This document shows, in pieces, positions 30,089 through 38,664 of a stretch of 64,000 nt of DNA (positions within the stretch are counted from its first letter, which is position 1; each line of letters starts with the position of its first letter). Both the position numbers and the translations under genes were made by a program. The stretch covers positions 37,547-101,546 of the forward strand of contig CAZETV010000002.1 of the NCBI GenBank assembly GCA_964514965.1, read 5' to 3'. The notes beneath the pieces are model-generated. The model made no database searches. It was not told the DNA's origin and saw only the letters and a program-made list of their open reading frames with translations. Origin of the DNA: Candidatus Hadarchaeota archaeon (GTDB lineage Archaea; Hadarchaeota; Hadarchaeia; Hadarchaeales; Hadarchaeaceae).

Positions 30089-30225
30089 TTGCTCAACCCT
30101 TCCCCGCTATTGATTCACGCGGAAGTTAATAGAACCTAATGTTTAGAACTAAGACCACATGAATTATTTTACCTAACTCGGCGGCAAGCAAAACAAGTAG
30201 CAAATAAATTGATCCCACCTGCATC

Positions 30226-30320
30226 TTTTTCTCGCTTATAAACAACTCCCACGCAAAGCTTCGGCGGGATGAATGGGGCGAACGCTTTTCCATCGGACGA
30301 AAGAGGCGGTAAAAGCTGAG
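30226..30320 (+). repeat. copy 2 of conserved promoter + 5'-coding module (CTTATAAACAACTCCCACGCAAAGCTTCGGCGGGATGAATGGGGCGAACGCTT...)
   Basis: Aligns with copy 1 (reverse complement) and copy 3. The coding part is fused in frame to an unrelated RHH antitoxin ORF. Confidence 0.7.
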
Positions 30321-30398
30321 CTCACACGCTCAACACTTGCGCAGAGAGGAGACCAAAACACTTTTAATTGGTGTAAACAAAAATGTTTACGTGAAAAA

Positions 30399-30620
30399 AT
30401 GCCCCAAGTCCAGCTGAGGGTACCTGAGGGAACGCTTGAAGAACTCGATAAATGGGTAAAAGAAGGTAGATTCAAAAGCCGCAGCGGCGCGATCAAAACC
30501 ATCATTGCTTTTTACCAAGAGCGGGAACGAGCGCGCAGCTTCTACAAGATGCTAGTAGAGCGGAGCCGAGAGGCCAAGAAAAAACCAGAACTCCTCATTC
30601 CACTAGGGGAATTAGAGTGA
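30399..30620 (+). CDS. ribbon-helix-helix (CopG-like) antitoxin
   Basis: PQVQLRVPEGTLEELDKWV has the RHH beta-strand plus helices and precedes relE by 4 nt. The longer ORF from 30273 adds the repeated MGRTLFHRTKEAV N-terminal remnant. Confidence 0.6.
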   Translation: MPQVQLRVPEGTLEELDKWVKEGRFKSRSGAIKTIIAFYQERERARSFYKMLVERSREAKKKPELLIPLGELE

Positions 30621-30883
30621 GTTTTCAGGTCTTCCTGCATCCCAAGGCGGTGAACTCTCTACAAAAGTTAGACAAGCTAATCAGGGGCGAAATAAAAAAG
30701 AAGTTGAAGGAGCTGGAAAAGCAGCCCAATTCAGGCAAACGGTTGCGATATTCTAATTTTTGGGGTTTAAGGGTGGGAGACTTTAGGGTTATCTACGAAA
30801 TCGATCGTGCCGAAAAAAGAGTGATTGTATTATTCATCGGACACAGGAAAAAAGTTTACGACGATTTTTCAAGGATATTCTGA
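30617..30883 (+). CDS. relE: RelE/ParE-family toxin
   Basis: 88 aa; GDFRVIYEIDRAEKRVIVLFIGHRKKVY is the RelE fold signature. Confidence 0.75.
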   Translation: MSFQVFLHPKAVNSLQKLDKLIRGEIKKKLKELEKQPNSGKRLRYSNFWGLRVGDFRVIYEIDRAEKRVIVLFIGHRKKVYDDFSRIF

Positions 30884-30934
30884 TTGAGCTGCTGCTAGCA
30901 CCATAATCTCCGAAGGATCGCCCCCAACCAATTT

Positions 30935-31030
30935 CCCCCATATAAATAACCCCCACCCAAAGCCTCAGCGGGATGAATGGGGCGGACGCTTCATTATCGA
31001 ACGAAGGAGGCCGTAACAGTCGAGGAGTTC
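30935..31030 (+). repeat. copy 3 of conserved promoter + 5'-coding module (ATATAAATAACCCCCACCCAAAGCCTCAGCGGGATGAATGGGGCGGACGCTT...)
   Basis: Aligns with copies 1 and 2. Confidence 0.7.
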
Positions 31031-31288
31031 AAACAGATACGAGAGATCGCGAACAGGTACAACGCGGGGCACAAATGGGCATACGAAAACATCAAACTCT
31101 GGAGGGAAACGAGCGGCACGCTCTGGGGATTCACAAAAGTCAACGACAGCGCCCGGGATAGAAAATTGGTAATTCAAGCGATAAAGGAGATTTCCAAAAC
31201 GACGCCACGGCTGACCTGGCTGTTCTTCGATGAGGGCTGGCTGGGAAAAGGCGAGTGGGCAAGATTCAAAGGTGGAAAGCAGGTTTAG
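30977..31288 (+). CDS. small protein of uncharacterised paralogous family (paralog B)
   Basis: MGRTLHYRTKEAV...IKLWRETSGTLWGFTKV...TPRLTWLFFDEG, homologous to 12561-12884. Confidence 0.5.
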   Translation: MGRTLHYRTKEAVTVEEFKQIREIANRYNAGHKWAYENIKLWRETSGTLWGFTKVNDSARDRKLVIQAIKEISKTTPRLTWLFFDEGWLGKGEWARFKGGKQV

Positions 31289-31369
31289 TCCACTCAATAT
31301 CTCAATCGCTTTCCATTTGATTTATTTCTCCGCGTGCCAAAAATGAAATGCCCGTGAGTGGCGTGAGGC

Positions 31370-32143
31370 TTGGAATTGACGGTGTTGATTGGCCCCAGCT
31401 TGGAGGACGCGAAGGAACTCCTGGCAGCTGCGATAAGGGACAAGCGGCTCGCCCTGCTCGTCGGCTCCTGCGTGGTCAACTACATCGGGCGGGCCGGCTC
31501 GGTGCTCCCCGAAGGCGAGCGCGTGGTGATGCTCAAGCCGGATGGGGCCCTGCTCGTCCACCAGAAGAAGAAGCGGGAGCCCGTGAACTGGAACCCGCCC
31601 GGCTGCGAGGCGAGCGTGCGTCTAGGCGGGAAGGGCCTGCAACTCATCTCCAAGCGGAAGCGGCCAAAAGAGCAGCTGCTGGTCATCTTCAAGAGCCTAG
31701 AGCTGGCCGCGTCCTTCGAACTCGTCGATCAAGAGGAGCTTTACCTCGTGGGGTCGGAGCGGGACCTAATCACCCTTGTGTTCAACGAGCCGAGCCTGAT
31801 CGAGCCGGGCTTCAAGCCACTTGAGCGGGAGAAGCTCACGAAATACGGCATGGTTGACCTTTACGGCGTCGACCGGGATGGAAATGGTGTGGCGATAGAA
31901 TTCAAGCGTCGGCGGGCCGAACTCGCCAGCGCAAGCCAGCTCAAGCGCTACGTGGATGAGCTGAGCAAAAAACTCGGAAAGCGCGTCCGAGGCATCCTAG
32001 TGGCCCCCTCGATAACCTCGAGCGCCCTGAAGCTACTCAATGAAAATCAGCTGGAATACGTACGAATCAGGAAGCCACCCACCTACACCTTTGAACGGGT
32101 TGTGACCCGGGAGCGGGGGCAGAAGGGAATAAGTGAGTTTTGA
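31370..32143 (+). CDS. nucS: endonuclease NucS/EndoMS (RecB-like, mismatch-specific)
   Basis: 257 aa. The C-terminal GMVDLYGVDRDGNGVAIEFKRRRAE (D...D...E-x-K) and overall length match NucS/DUF91. It is markedly GC-richer than its flanks. Confidence 0.7.
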   Translation: MELTVLIGPSLEDAKELLAAAIRDKRLALLVGSCVVNYIGRAGSVLPEGERVVMLKPDGALLVHQKKKREPVNWNPPGCEASVRLGGKGLQLISKRKRPKEQLLVIFKSLELAASFELVDQEELYLVGSERDLITLVFNEPSLIEPGFKPLEREKLTKYGMVDLYGVDRDGNGVAIEFKRRRAELASASQLKRYVDELSKKLGKRVRGILVAPSITSSALKLLNENQLEYVRIRKPPTYTFERVVTRERGQKGISEF

Positions 32144-32252
32144 GCTTAATGGGCTAAAGTCCGTGATTCAATCCAAGATTGGGCGGCATGTAATTTACAA
32201 ATGTCAATAAGCTAATTAACAAAAAAATGTCAGATTATTCATTGTAGTCAAT

Positions 32253-33302
32253 ATGAAAAGATCATCAAAAAAAGGTCTTCCGCCAGGATCTCTCGTTCAT
32301 GTAGGGGAGAAAAAGGAAGAAAAAGTAAGAATTACAATCATCGACTATGACAAAGCGCAATTTCAAGAGAAGGAAGCAGAAACTGTCGAGGAATGTTTTC
32401 CCTTTAAAGATAAACCGACCGTGACATGGATAAACGTAGATGGCATTCATGAGCCGGAGATTGTGAAAAAGCTCGGTGATTGTTTTGGAATGCATCCTCT
32501 CGTGCTCGAAGACATCCTAAACACCGATCAACGTCCAAAAATGGAGGATTATGGTAACTACATTTACATCGTTTTGAAAATGCTTTATTACGATGAGAAA
32601 AGCAACGAGATGATTACAGAGCAGGTAAGTTTAGTTCTCGGTTCGAATTTTGTCATCTCTTTCCAAGAAAAAAGAGGGGATGTCTTTAACCCGATTAGAG
32701 AGCGAATCAAGAGCGATAAGGGCCGCGTAAGAAAAATGGGGGCCGATTACCTTGCTTATGCTTTGACGGATGCAATTGTTGATAACTATTTTACAATCTT
32801 GGAAAAAATTGGAGAAAAGGTAGAGTCCCTAGAAGAAGAGTTGGTGGCCAAACCAACACCAGAAATACTACAGGCAATCCACAATCTGAAAAGAGATCTG
32901 ATATTCTTACGAAAATCGGTCTGGCCTTTGAGGGAGGTGATTAGCGGCTTGGAAAGAGGAGAATCATCGCTGATTGATGCGTCCACCAAGCTCTACCTCA
33001 GGGATGTTTACGACCACACAATTCAGGTAATTGATACGGTGGAGACTTTGCGAGATATGGTTTCCGGGATGCTTGATATTTACCTCTCGAGCATCAGCAA
33101 TAAAATGAACGAAGTCATGAAAGTACTGACGATTATTGCCACGATATTTATTCCTTTGACTTTCATCGCGGGCATTTATGGAATGAATTTTGCCTTCATG
33201 CCGGAACTTGGGTTACCTTGGGCTTATCCTCTAATTTTGCTCGTGATGGTTGGTGTAGGTATATTAATGTTGATTTATTTTAGGAGAAAAAGGTGGATAT
33301 GA
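32253..33302 (+). CDS. corA: magnesium transporter CorA
   Basis: C-terminal two-TM region with the YGMNF (GMN) motif. Confidence 0.85.
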   Translation: MKRSSKKGLPPGSLVHVGEKKEEKVRITIIDYDKAQFQEKEAETVEECFPFKDKPTVTWINVDGIHEPEIVKKLGDCFGMHPLVLEDILNTDQRPKMEDYGNYIYIVLKMLYYDEKSNEMITEQVSLVLGSNFVISFQEKRGDVFNPIRERIKSDKGRVRKMGADYLAYALTDAIVDNYFTILEKIGEKVESLEEELVAKPTPEILQAIHNLKRDLIFLRKSVWPLREVISGLERGESSLIDASTKLYLRDVYDHTIQVIDTVETLRDMVSGMLDIYLSSISNKMNEVMKVLTIIATIFIPLTFIAGIYGMNFAFMPELGLPWAYPLILLVMVGVGILMLIYFRRKRWI

Positions 33303-33769
33303 TGGTCGATCAAAGGCTCGTGTACACGCTCGTGGTGATAGTGGTCGTGGTTGCCTTTAGGTTAGCGTTGGGCGGGGTATTCAAGCGGAAGCTCCGTGAA
33401 CTCGCGGGGCACGTTTTGTTGGCAAACACTCTTACGGGAATCCTCATAATTGGCTTAGCATTTTACCTCCTCTACTTGTGGGGGGTAATCCAAGCTCTGG
33501 TCGAGATAACTCTCACACTCGGGGTAATCACCGCGGTCCTCCTGTTCACCATAAAGGATATCTGGGTATCCAATCTCTTCGCAGGCATTTCACTAATAGG
33601 CGACAAACTGATCAACATCGGCAGTGAGGTAGAGGTTGGAGGTAAAAAAGGGAAAATAGTGGAGATGACCCTCACGATGACAAAGGTCCGAACCTCCGAT
33701 AACCGTCTCATGATCGTGCCGAACAAGAAGTTTCGCGAGGAAATTGTCTTAATCACCAAACGTCGCTAA
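33293..33769 (+). CDS. small mechanosensitive-channel (MscS-like) protein
   Basis: TM helices followed by the MscS beta-domain pattern (GSEVEVGGKKGKIVEMTLTMTKVRTSDNRLMIVPN). Confidence 0.5.
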   Translation: MDMMVDQRLVYTLVVIVVVVAFRLALGGVFKRKLRELAGHVLLANTLTGILIIGLAFYLLYLWGVIQALVEITLTLGVITAVLLFTIKDIWVSNLFAGISLIGDKLINIGSEVEVGGKKGKIVEMTLTMTKVRTSDNRLMIVPNKKFREEIVLITKRR

Positions 33770-33807
33770 CGGTAATCCAAAGTCAATTCTTGCCTTTTCC
33801 TAAGTCG

Positions 33808-34701
33808 CTACTTCGAGAAGAGAGGTTCGAGCAGGCCCCTGAGAAATATCTCCACCGCCGCGTTCACATTTTGGAAAGTATCGCCAACCATTCGGCGCTG
33901 AAATTCCTTCACGACCGTCAAAAAATCTTCAACCATCTGGCCCGGCAGATACGAGAGCTCGTCCTTTATCCACTCAGTTATCGAAGGTTCCTCCAAGCGC
34001 AGGCCGATGACACACGCGGCATCCTTGAGCCTTCCCGCCAAACACAGCGCCATGTCAGCGGGTTTGCCTACCGCGATCTGCCACGCGGCCAGATCTTCCT
34101 CCGAGGTGGAGAGCATGTGCTTCGAGTAGGCAACTTGATCCTCAACATACCCTTTACCCGACAGCAGCCTCGTGACCTCGAAGTCCTTCACGGCGATGGA
34201 TATGAGGTACAGGAGGTTGAACGAAAATTTTTCCGAGAGCCCGAATCTCTCCGAGGCTTCCGTGAGGGGCTGGGGAATCGAAAATATGTAGTATTCCATC
34301 GAGCCGTGCAGGACCGAATGCCCGACCTCGTGCCTGAGGGTCCCGACCTGAACCAGCCTCGGGAGCTCCCCTATTCTCTCGAGGCACACGGATATCCTGG
34401 ATGTCCCCCTCCATGCATCGTGGCTGGCAAAAAATTTTTCACCGAAATCTTCAGAAACGACCCCCACGGCTGCGCGTTCTCGCGAGTAAAAGCTCTTCAT
34501 GGCGGATGAACTCTCGAACAACAGAAGGTCCAGGATCTCCACTTCATGCGGCATCAACCTCTCATAGCATTCCTCGATCGTGGTTGTGATTTCTGTCGCT
34601 TGCTTCTCGGGAATTTTGCCGAATTTCTGCACAACGAGTTTTACCATGACGACCGATAAGCTCATCGTCGGGAGAAAATAAAAATTCAGGTCAAAACACA
34701 C
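33808..34701 (-). CDS. putative HExxH zinc metallopeptidase
   Basis: HEVGHSVLH motif with a downstream Glu. Confidence 0.45.
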   Translation of the reverse strand: MCFDLNFYFLPTMSLSVVMVKLVVQKFGKIPEKQATEITTTIEECYERLMPHEVEILDLLLFESSSAMKSFYSRERAAVGVVSEDFGEKFFASHDAWRGTSRISVCLERIGELPRLVQVGTLRHEVGHSVLHGSMEYYIFSIPQPLTEASERFGLSEKFSFNLLYLISIAVKDFEVTRLLSGKGYVEDQVAYSKHMLSTSEEDLAAWQIAVGKPADMALCLAGRLKDAACVIGLRLEEPSITEWIKDELSYLPGQMVEDFLTVVKEFQRRMVGDTFQNVNAAVEIFLRGLLEPLFSK

Positions 34702-34719
34702 CGAATCCCCACCTCCTTT

Positions 34720-36108
34720 TTGCCCGATTATAAAGAACCTCCGCGCAACGGCTTGACGGGAAAGATGGAGAAGAGACCGATACAGACAAATTTAGACGAT
34801 TTTTCTGAAGTTTATAAAGTTTATAAATTACTTTCACCGACTTCTCCCTCCCCTAAAATCGCATTTATTAATGATCGTAGAGAATGCAAAATGGGGGTGA
34901 CAGTGCAGCAGGGCATACTGTTAGTGCAACCAGAGTTCCCGATCGCTGGTAAGAGCAGGTGGCATAAATCTTTCCTGCCAATCGGGCTCCTAAAGCTCGC
35001 TTCATACTACCGGAAAAAAGGGCACAATGTGAAGTTGGTCTGTGGTAAAAAGAACCTAAAATTTCGACCTGATAAAGTCATGATAAGCTCGCTATTCACG
35101 TATTGGTCCAAATACGTCTGGGATTGCGTTAAACACTACAAACAGCTCTACCCAAATGCCAAGGTTGTGGTCGGTGGGATTTACGCCTCTCTAATGCCAG
35201 AACACTGCAAAAAGTCAGGGTGCGATGAAGTATTCGTTGGGGTGCACAAAAAAGCAGAGAAATGTGAACCTGCATACGATCTTCTTAAAAATAACTCTCA
35301 CCCCATAGACTATCAAATAATTCACACTTCTCGAGGCTGCGTCAGAAAGTGCAAGTTCTGTGGCGTATGGAAGATTGAGCCCGATTTTGAATACAAAAAA
35401 AGCATAAAAGATGAAATTCGAAGCAACCAACTGGTATTTTACGATAACAACCTTTTGGCAAACCCTTACATCGAGAACATTTTGGAGGAGATAGCACATA
35501 CCAAAGTTAACGGCAGGGTCGTGATCTGCGAGAGCCAATGTGGTTTCGATGGACGAATGCTAACCCCTAAGCTCGCAAGGCTAATCAAGGGGGCACATTT
35601 TCAATATCCCAAAATTGCGTGGGACGGGTCTTATTCAGAGCACAAAAACATCAAAAAACAGCTAGACATGCTTATAGATGCTGGCTATAGCCACAAAGAC
35701 GTTTTCGTGTTCATGATATACAACTGGGACCACGATTTCCGCGAGATGCAGAAAAAAAGATTGAAATGCTGGGGGTGGAAGGTGCAGATTTCTGATTGTC
35801 GATACAGACCATTGGAACAGACTTATGATAATTATGATCCGAGGAGAGTACAGACGAACGATGATTATTTTATACATCCAAAATGGACTGATTCTGAGGT
35901 TAAACAGTTTAGAAAAAACGTGCGTAGGCAAAATATTTGTGTTAGGCTGGGATTTTCATTTCATAGCAAAATCTTAGAGCAGAAAAAGCTCGGCAAAAAC
36001 ACGATAAAAAAATTACGAGACATGACACCAACTAAAGCTAAAAAAATGTTGCCAGATGTTTGGAACCCTGGTGAGATTACATTCCCTAAAATGGACTTAT
36101 GTACGTAG
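34720..36108 (+). CDS. B12-binding-domain radical SAM protein
   Basis: N-terminal Rossmann-like B12-binding region plus TSRGCVRKCKFCGV (Cx3Cx2C). AT-rich codon usage. The true start may be Met-58 (34891). Confidence 0.7.
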   Translation: MPDYKEPPRNGLTGKMEKRPIQTNLDDFSEVYKVYKLLSPTSPSPKIAFINDRRECKMGVTVQQGILLVQPEFPIAGKSRWHKSFLPIGLLKLASYYRKKGHNVKLVCGKKNLKFRPDKVMISSLFTYWSKYVWDCVKHYKQLYPNAKVVVGGIYASLMPEHCKKSGCDEVFVGVHKKAEKCEPAYDLLKNNSHPIDYQIIHTSRGCVRKCKFCGVWKIEPDFEYKKSIKDEIRSNQLVFYDNNLLANPYIENILEEIAHTKVNGRVVICESQCGFDGRMLTPKLARLIKGAHFQYPKIAWDGSYSEHKNIKKQLDMLIDAGYSHKDVFVFMIYNWDHDFREMQKKRLKCWGWKVQISDCRYRPLEQTYDNYDPRRVQTNDDYFIHPKWTDSEVKQFRKNVRRQNICVRLGFSFHSKILEQKKLGKNTIKKLRDMTPTKAKKMLPDVWNPGEITFPKMDLCT

Positions 36109-36109
36109 A

Positions 36110-36574
36110 TCATTTTTTCTTTACTTTCTTTGCTATCCCAATTAATTCCGTCTCTAATCTTTTACTAAAGCTACCTTTCCCACTAAAAACCTGATCTTTT
36201 AGAATTTTTATTCCGCCTGCAGCATATTCCTCGACTATTGAATACACTCTTTTTTTATCCAATAGCACTTCTAAATTACCTGCATCTTTTACAGCTACAG
36301 CGTTAATCAAAGCTTTTTCTGTATCGCTAAGGTATTCTGTCCTGATATATCCCGAGGGGTCCTTGTCTGTTATTTTGTGCTTTATTCCATTTTTGAATCC
36401 AACTACCATCGCTGCCAAAAATAAATGTTTTTTATTCTTGTTTCCAAATGGGCTATCTTTTTCTTCCAGCCTTGAAAAATGTTCTTTATCACTTTTTCTA
36501 ATGTAAATTATTGCTGGATCTTTACTTACCATATTTTCCCACCTGCGCTTTTGAGCCTGTTTTAAGTTCTTCAA
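36110..36574 (-). CDS. hypothetical protein, last gene of the candidate defence operon
   Basis: 154 aa, Lys-rich, no recognisable motif. Overlaps the upstream ATPase fragment by 53 nt. Confidence 0.35.
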   Translation of the reverse strand: MKNLKQAQKRRWENMVSKDPAIIYIRKSDKEHFSRLEEKDSPFGNKNKKHLFLAAMVVGFKNGIKHKITDKDPSGYIRTEYLSDTEKALINAVAVKDAGNLEVLLDKKRVYSIVEEYAAGGIKILKDQVFSGKGSFSKRLETELIGIAKKVKKK

Positions 36575-37121
36575 ATATTATTTTGTATTCTCCAATCAAA
36601 TTATCTGATAACTTTTTTCTGACGAATGGTGTATACTCGGTATCAGTCATTAACAGAATAACTTGCTTGTTTTTTAGATATTTGGGTAAATTTTTGCAAA
36701 TGTTTTCCCTTATTTCTCCAGAGATTCTACCCAGCGGGGTATCCATAACTATTGGGAAATCGAAACCAGAATATGCGCTCAAAGCATTTATGAATGATAA
36801 TGCCAACGCTTCCATTTCACCTCTGCTTAAGCTTCCTAATCCTTCGTGGTCTGATCTATGCGTGACGGAAATTTCATAATCATCGTTTATTTTTACATTT
36901 TTCCATTCATCTTTCTTCCAAATTAAATTGAAAAACGATTCTTTTGTGATTTGGTTAATTTTTTCTCTAGTGTCTTTCATAATGTTTTTTTTCACCTTAG
37001 TAGCCAATTCAACGGCTTCATCACAAAATGACACCACTTTGTTTAGCTCATCAAATTCTTTAGATCTTTCTAGTTCTTTATCCCGTTCTCTTCTGTAGGT
37101 CTCGAACTGACTTTCGGCCAT
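36522..37121 (-). CDS. DndD/SMC-like ABC ATPase, C-terminal half (signature + Walker B)
   Basis: LSRGEMEALALSF signature, FPIVMDTPLGRIS Walker B / D-loop as in DndD-type ATPases, and QVILLMTDTEY. Confidence 0.55.
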   Translation of the reverse strand: MAESQFETYRRERDKELERSKEFDELNKVVSFCDEAVELATKVKKNIMKDTREKINQITKESFFNLIWKKDEWKNVKINDDYEISVTHRSDHEGLGSLSRGEMEALALSFINALSAYSGFDFPIVMDTPLGRISGEIRENICKNLPKYLKNKQVILLMTDTEYTPFVRKKLSDNLIGEYKIIFEELKTGSKAQVGKYGK

Positions 37122-37156
37122 TTTAACTCGTGCCTCACGTTCACCGATATCTTCAC

Positions 37157-38482
37157 TTAATTTCGTGATTTCTGTATCAAGGTTTCCGTATCGTTTCTCC
37201 AGTATTTTAAATTTTTCTTCAATTTTTGAATCGACTTGTTCTTTAATTTTTTGCTTTTATTTTCATAGCCAGTTTCTAGTTTTTTGATTTCTCTTTCAAG
37301 TTTGATCATGCTTGTGTCAAAATTTTTAAGGTTATCGATGGATCGGGCTAAATCGGTTTTTAATTTAATCAAATCCGAACTAATGGCGGATATATCGCTT
37401 ATTTTTTTAAGAAGACTCTCAACTTTTTTTCTACAACTGATATTCTTTTTAGTTATGTCCGTCCCACAGATACAATTACCATCTTTAAGTAATTTTTCTA
37501 AATATTTTGGGTCTATATTTGGCGGTACATTTTCTTGGTCTTGTTCTCGAGTAATCTCTTTAATTGTGGATTCTATAGCAGGATAAGTTAGTAAATGCAG
37601 GGAAGAATCTACAAGAAAATCCGTCAATTCATCTCTCTTATCTTTTATTGTTTTTTCAAGATCTTTCAAATCACGTTCAAGTTCTTCCCTGGTTTCCTGT
37701 AAGTTCCTTATATTTGGCATTGACTTTAATTCTTCGGCTATTTCGTTTTTATCCTTAACTTTCCCATCTTTTATTTTACGGAATTTTTCCAAGTCGGCTT
37801 TATAGTTGTTTAAGGATTTCTCCCAAGTATCAATTTTCTCTTGAGCATCTGCAAGAGCGGGAGTTAACTTTTTTGATTTTCTTACAAATTCGTTTTGTAT
37901 TGCTCCCAAGTGCGATATCGCTTTTTCCAACACTTCCAATTGAGAAAGTTTAAAAATCTCCTTTTTTATCTCCTCACCAGATTTTTCTCTAAAATAACTT
38001 TCTAGCTTTTCACCATCAAAAAGAAAATAGTCTACAATACTCCCTGGTATCAACTGATTAGCAACATAAGTCGGATCAGAAACAAATTTCATGTCGTCTC
38101 CGATTTCTCGTAAAAGTTCAAATTTTTGTTTGTTGGGAATTTCTTTTACTTCGCCATTTTCTTCACAATATTTTGTGCTTCTCACAAAAATCGCTTTATT
38201 TCCTTCATTGTCTGTCATTACAATTTCCACTTTTACTTCACATGCTGATGGACTCTCCTTTAAAGAAATAGTATTGACCGTGGGCAAAGCTAAACTTTTT
38301 TTATTTAGGTGTAACTCCCTGCCATATAAGCACCAAGTAATAGCGTTCATTATGTTTGTTTTCCCTGCCCCGTTTCTACCTTCTAAGACGACTATGTTTT
38401 TTTTGCCGAATGGTGCAGGGAACTCTATTATTTCATTTGCATATTGCCTATAATTAATTAATTTAATTTTTTTAATTAACAT
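37157..38482 (-). CDS. DndD/SMC-like ABC ATPase, N-terminal half (Walker A + coiled coil)
   Basis: IKKIKLINYRQY...VLEGRNGAGKTNIMNAITWCLYG, then a long Lys/Glu-rich coiled coil. It is separated from the C-terminal half by 35 nt and a frame change. Confidence 0.6.
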   Translation of the reverse strand: MLIKKIKLINYRQYANEIIEFPAPFGKKNIVVLEGRNGAGKTNIMNAITWCLYGRELHLNKKSLALPTVNTISLKESPSACEVKVEIVMTDNEGNKAIFVRSTKYCEENGEVKEIPNKQKFELLREIGDDMKFVSDPTYVANQLIPGSIVDYFLFDGEKLESYFREKSGEEIKKEIFKLSQLEVLEKAISHLGAIQNEFVRKSKKLTPALADAQEKIDTWEKSLNNYKADLEKFRKIKDGKVKDKNEIAEELKSMPNIRNLQETREELERDLKDLEKTIKDKRDELTDFLVDSSLHLLTYPAIESTIKEITREQDQENVPPNIDPKYLEKLLKDGNCICGTDITKKNISCRKKVESLLKKISDISAISSDLIKLKTDLARSIDNLKNFDTSMIKLEREIKKLETGYENKSKKLKNKSIQKLKKNLKYWRNDTETLIQKSRN

Positions 38483-38485
38483 GAA

Positions 38486-38656
38486 TTATTTCACCGCCTT
38501 TTTTACAAGATTTTCGTACGTTTCACTATACCACCAACGATCTTCCTCGGAGTGGTCTGTTTCTAACATCAATATTTCTTTCAGAAATTTTTTGGTTTTT
38601 TCACTATAATTGCTTTTTTCAATTTCTTTGATGATTCTTTCGTTTAATATAGCCAT
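38486..38656 (-). CDS. small ORF (56 aa) between helicase and ATPase genes
   Basis: MAILNERIIKEIEKSNYSEKTKKFLKEILMLETDHSEEDRWWYSETYENLVKKAVK. Its stop abuts the ATPase ATG. Not in the ORF track (<60 aa). Confidence 0.3.
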   Translation of the reverse strand: MAILNERIIKEIEKSNYSEKTKKFLKEILMLETDHSEEDRWWYSETYENLVKKAVK

Positions 38657-38664
38657 GTGAACCA

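Noticed and set aside
31348-31824. 158-aa Arg/Gly-rich ORF overlapping nucS in another frame, plus the 31322-31561 and 31480-31692 minus-strand ORFs
   Set aside because: These are artefacts of the high GC of the nucS gene. NucS itself has clear family motifs.
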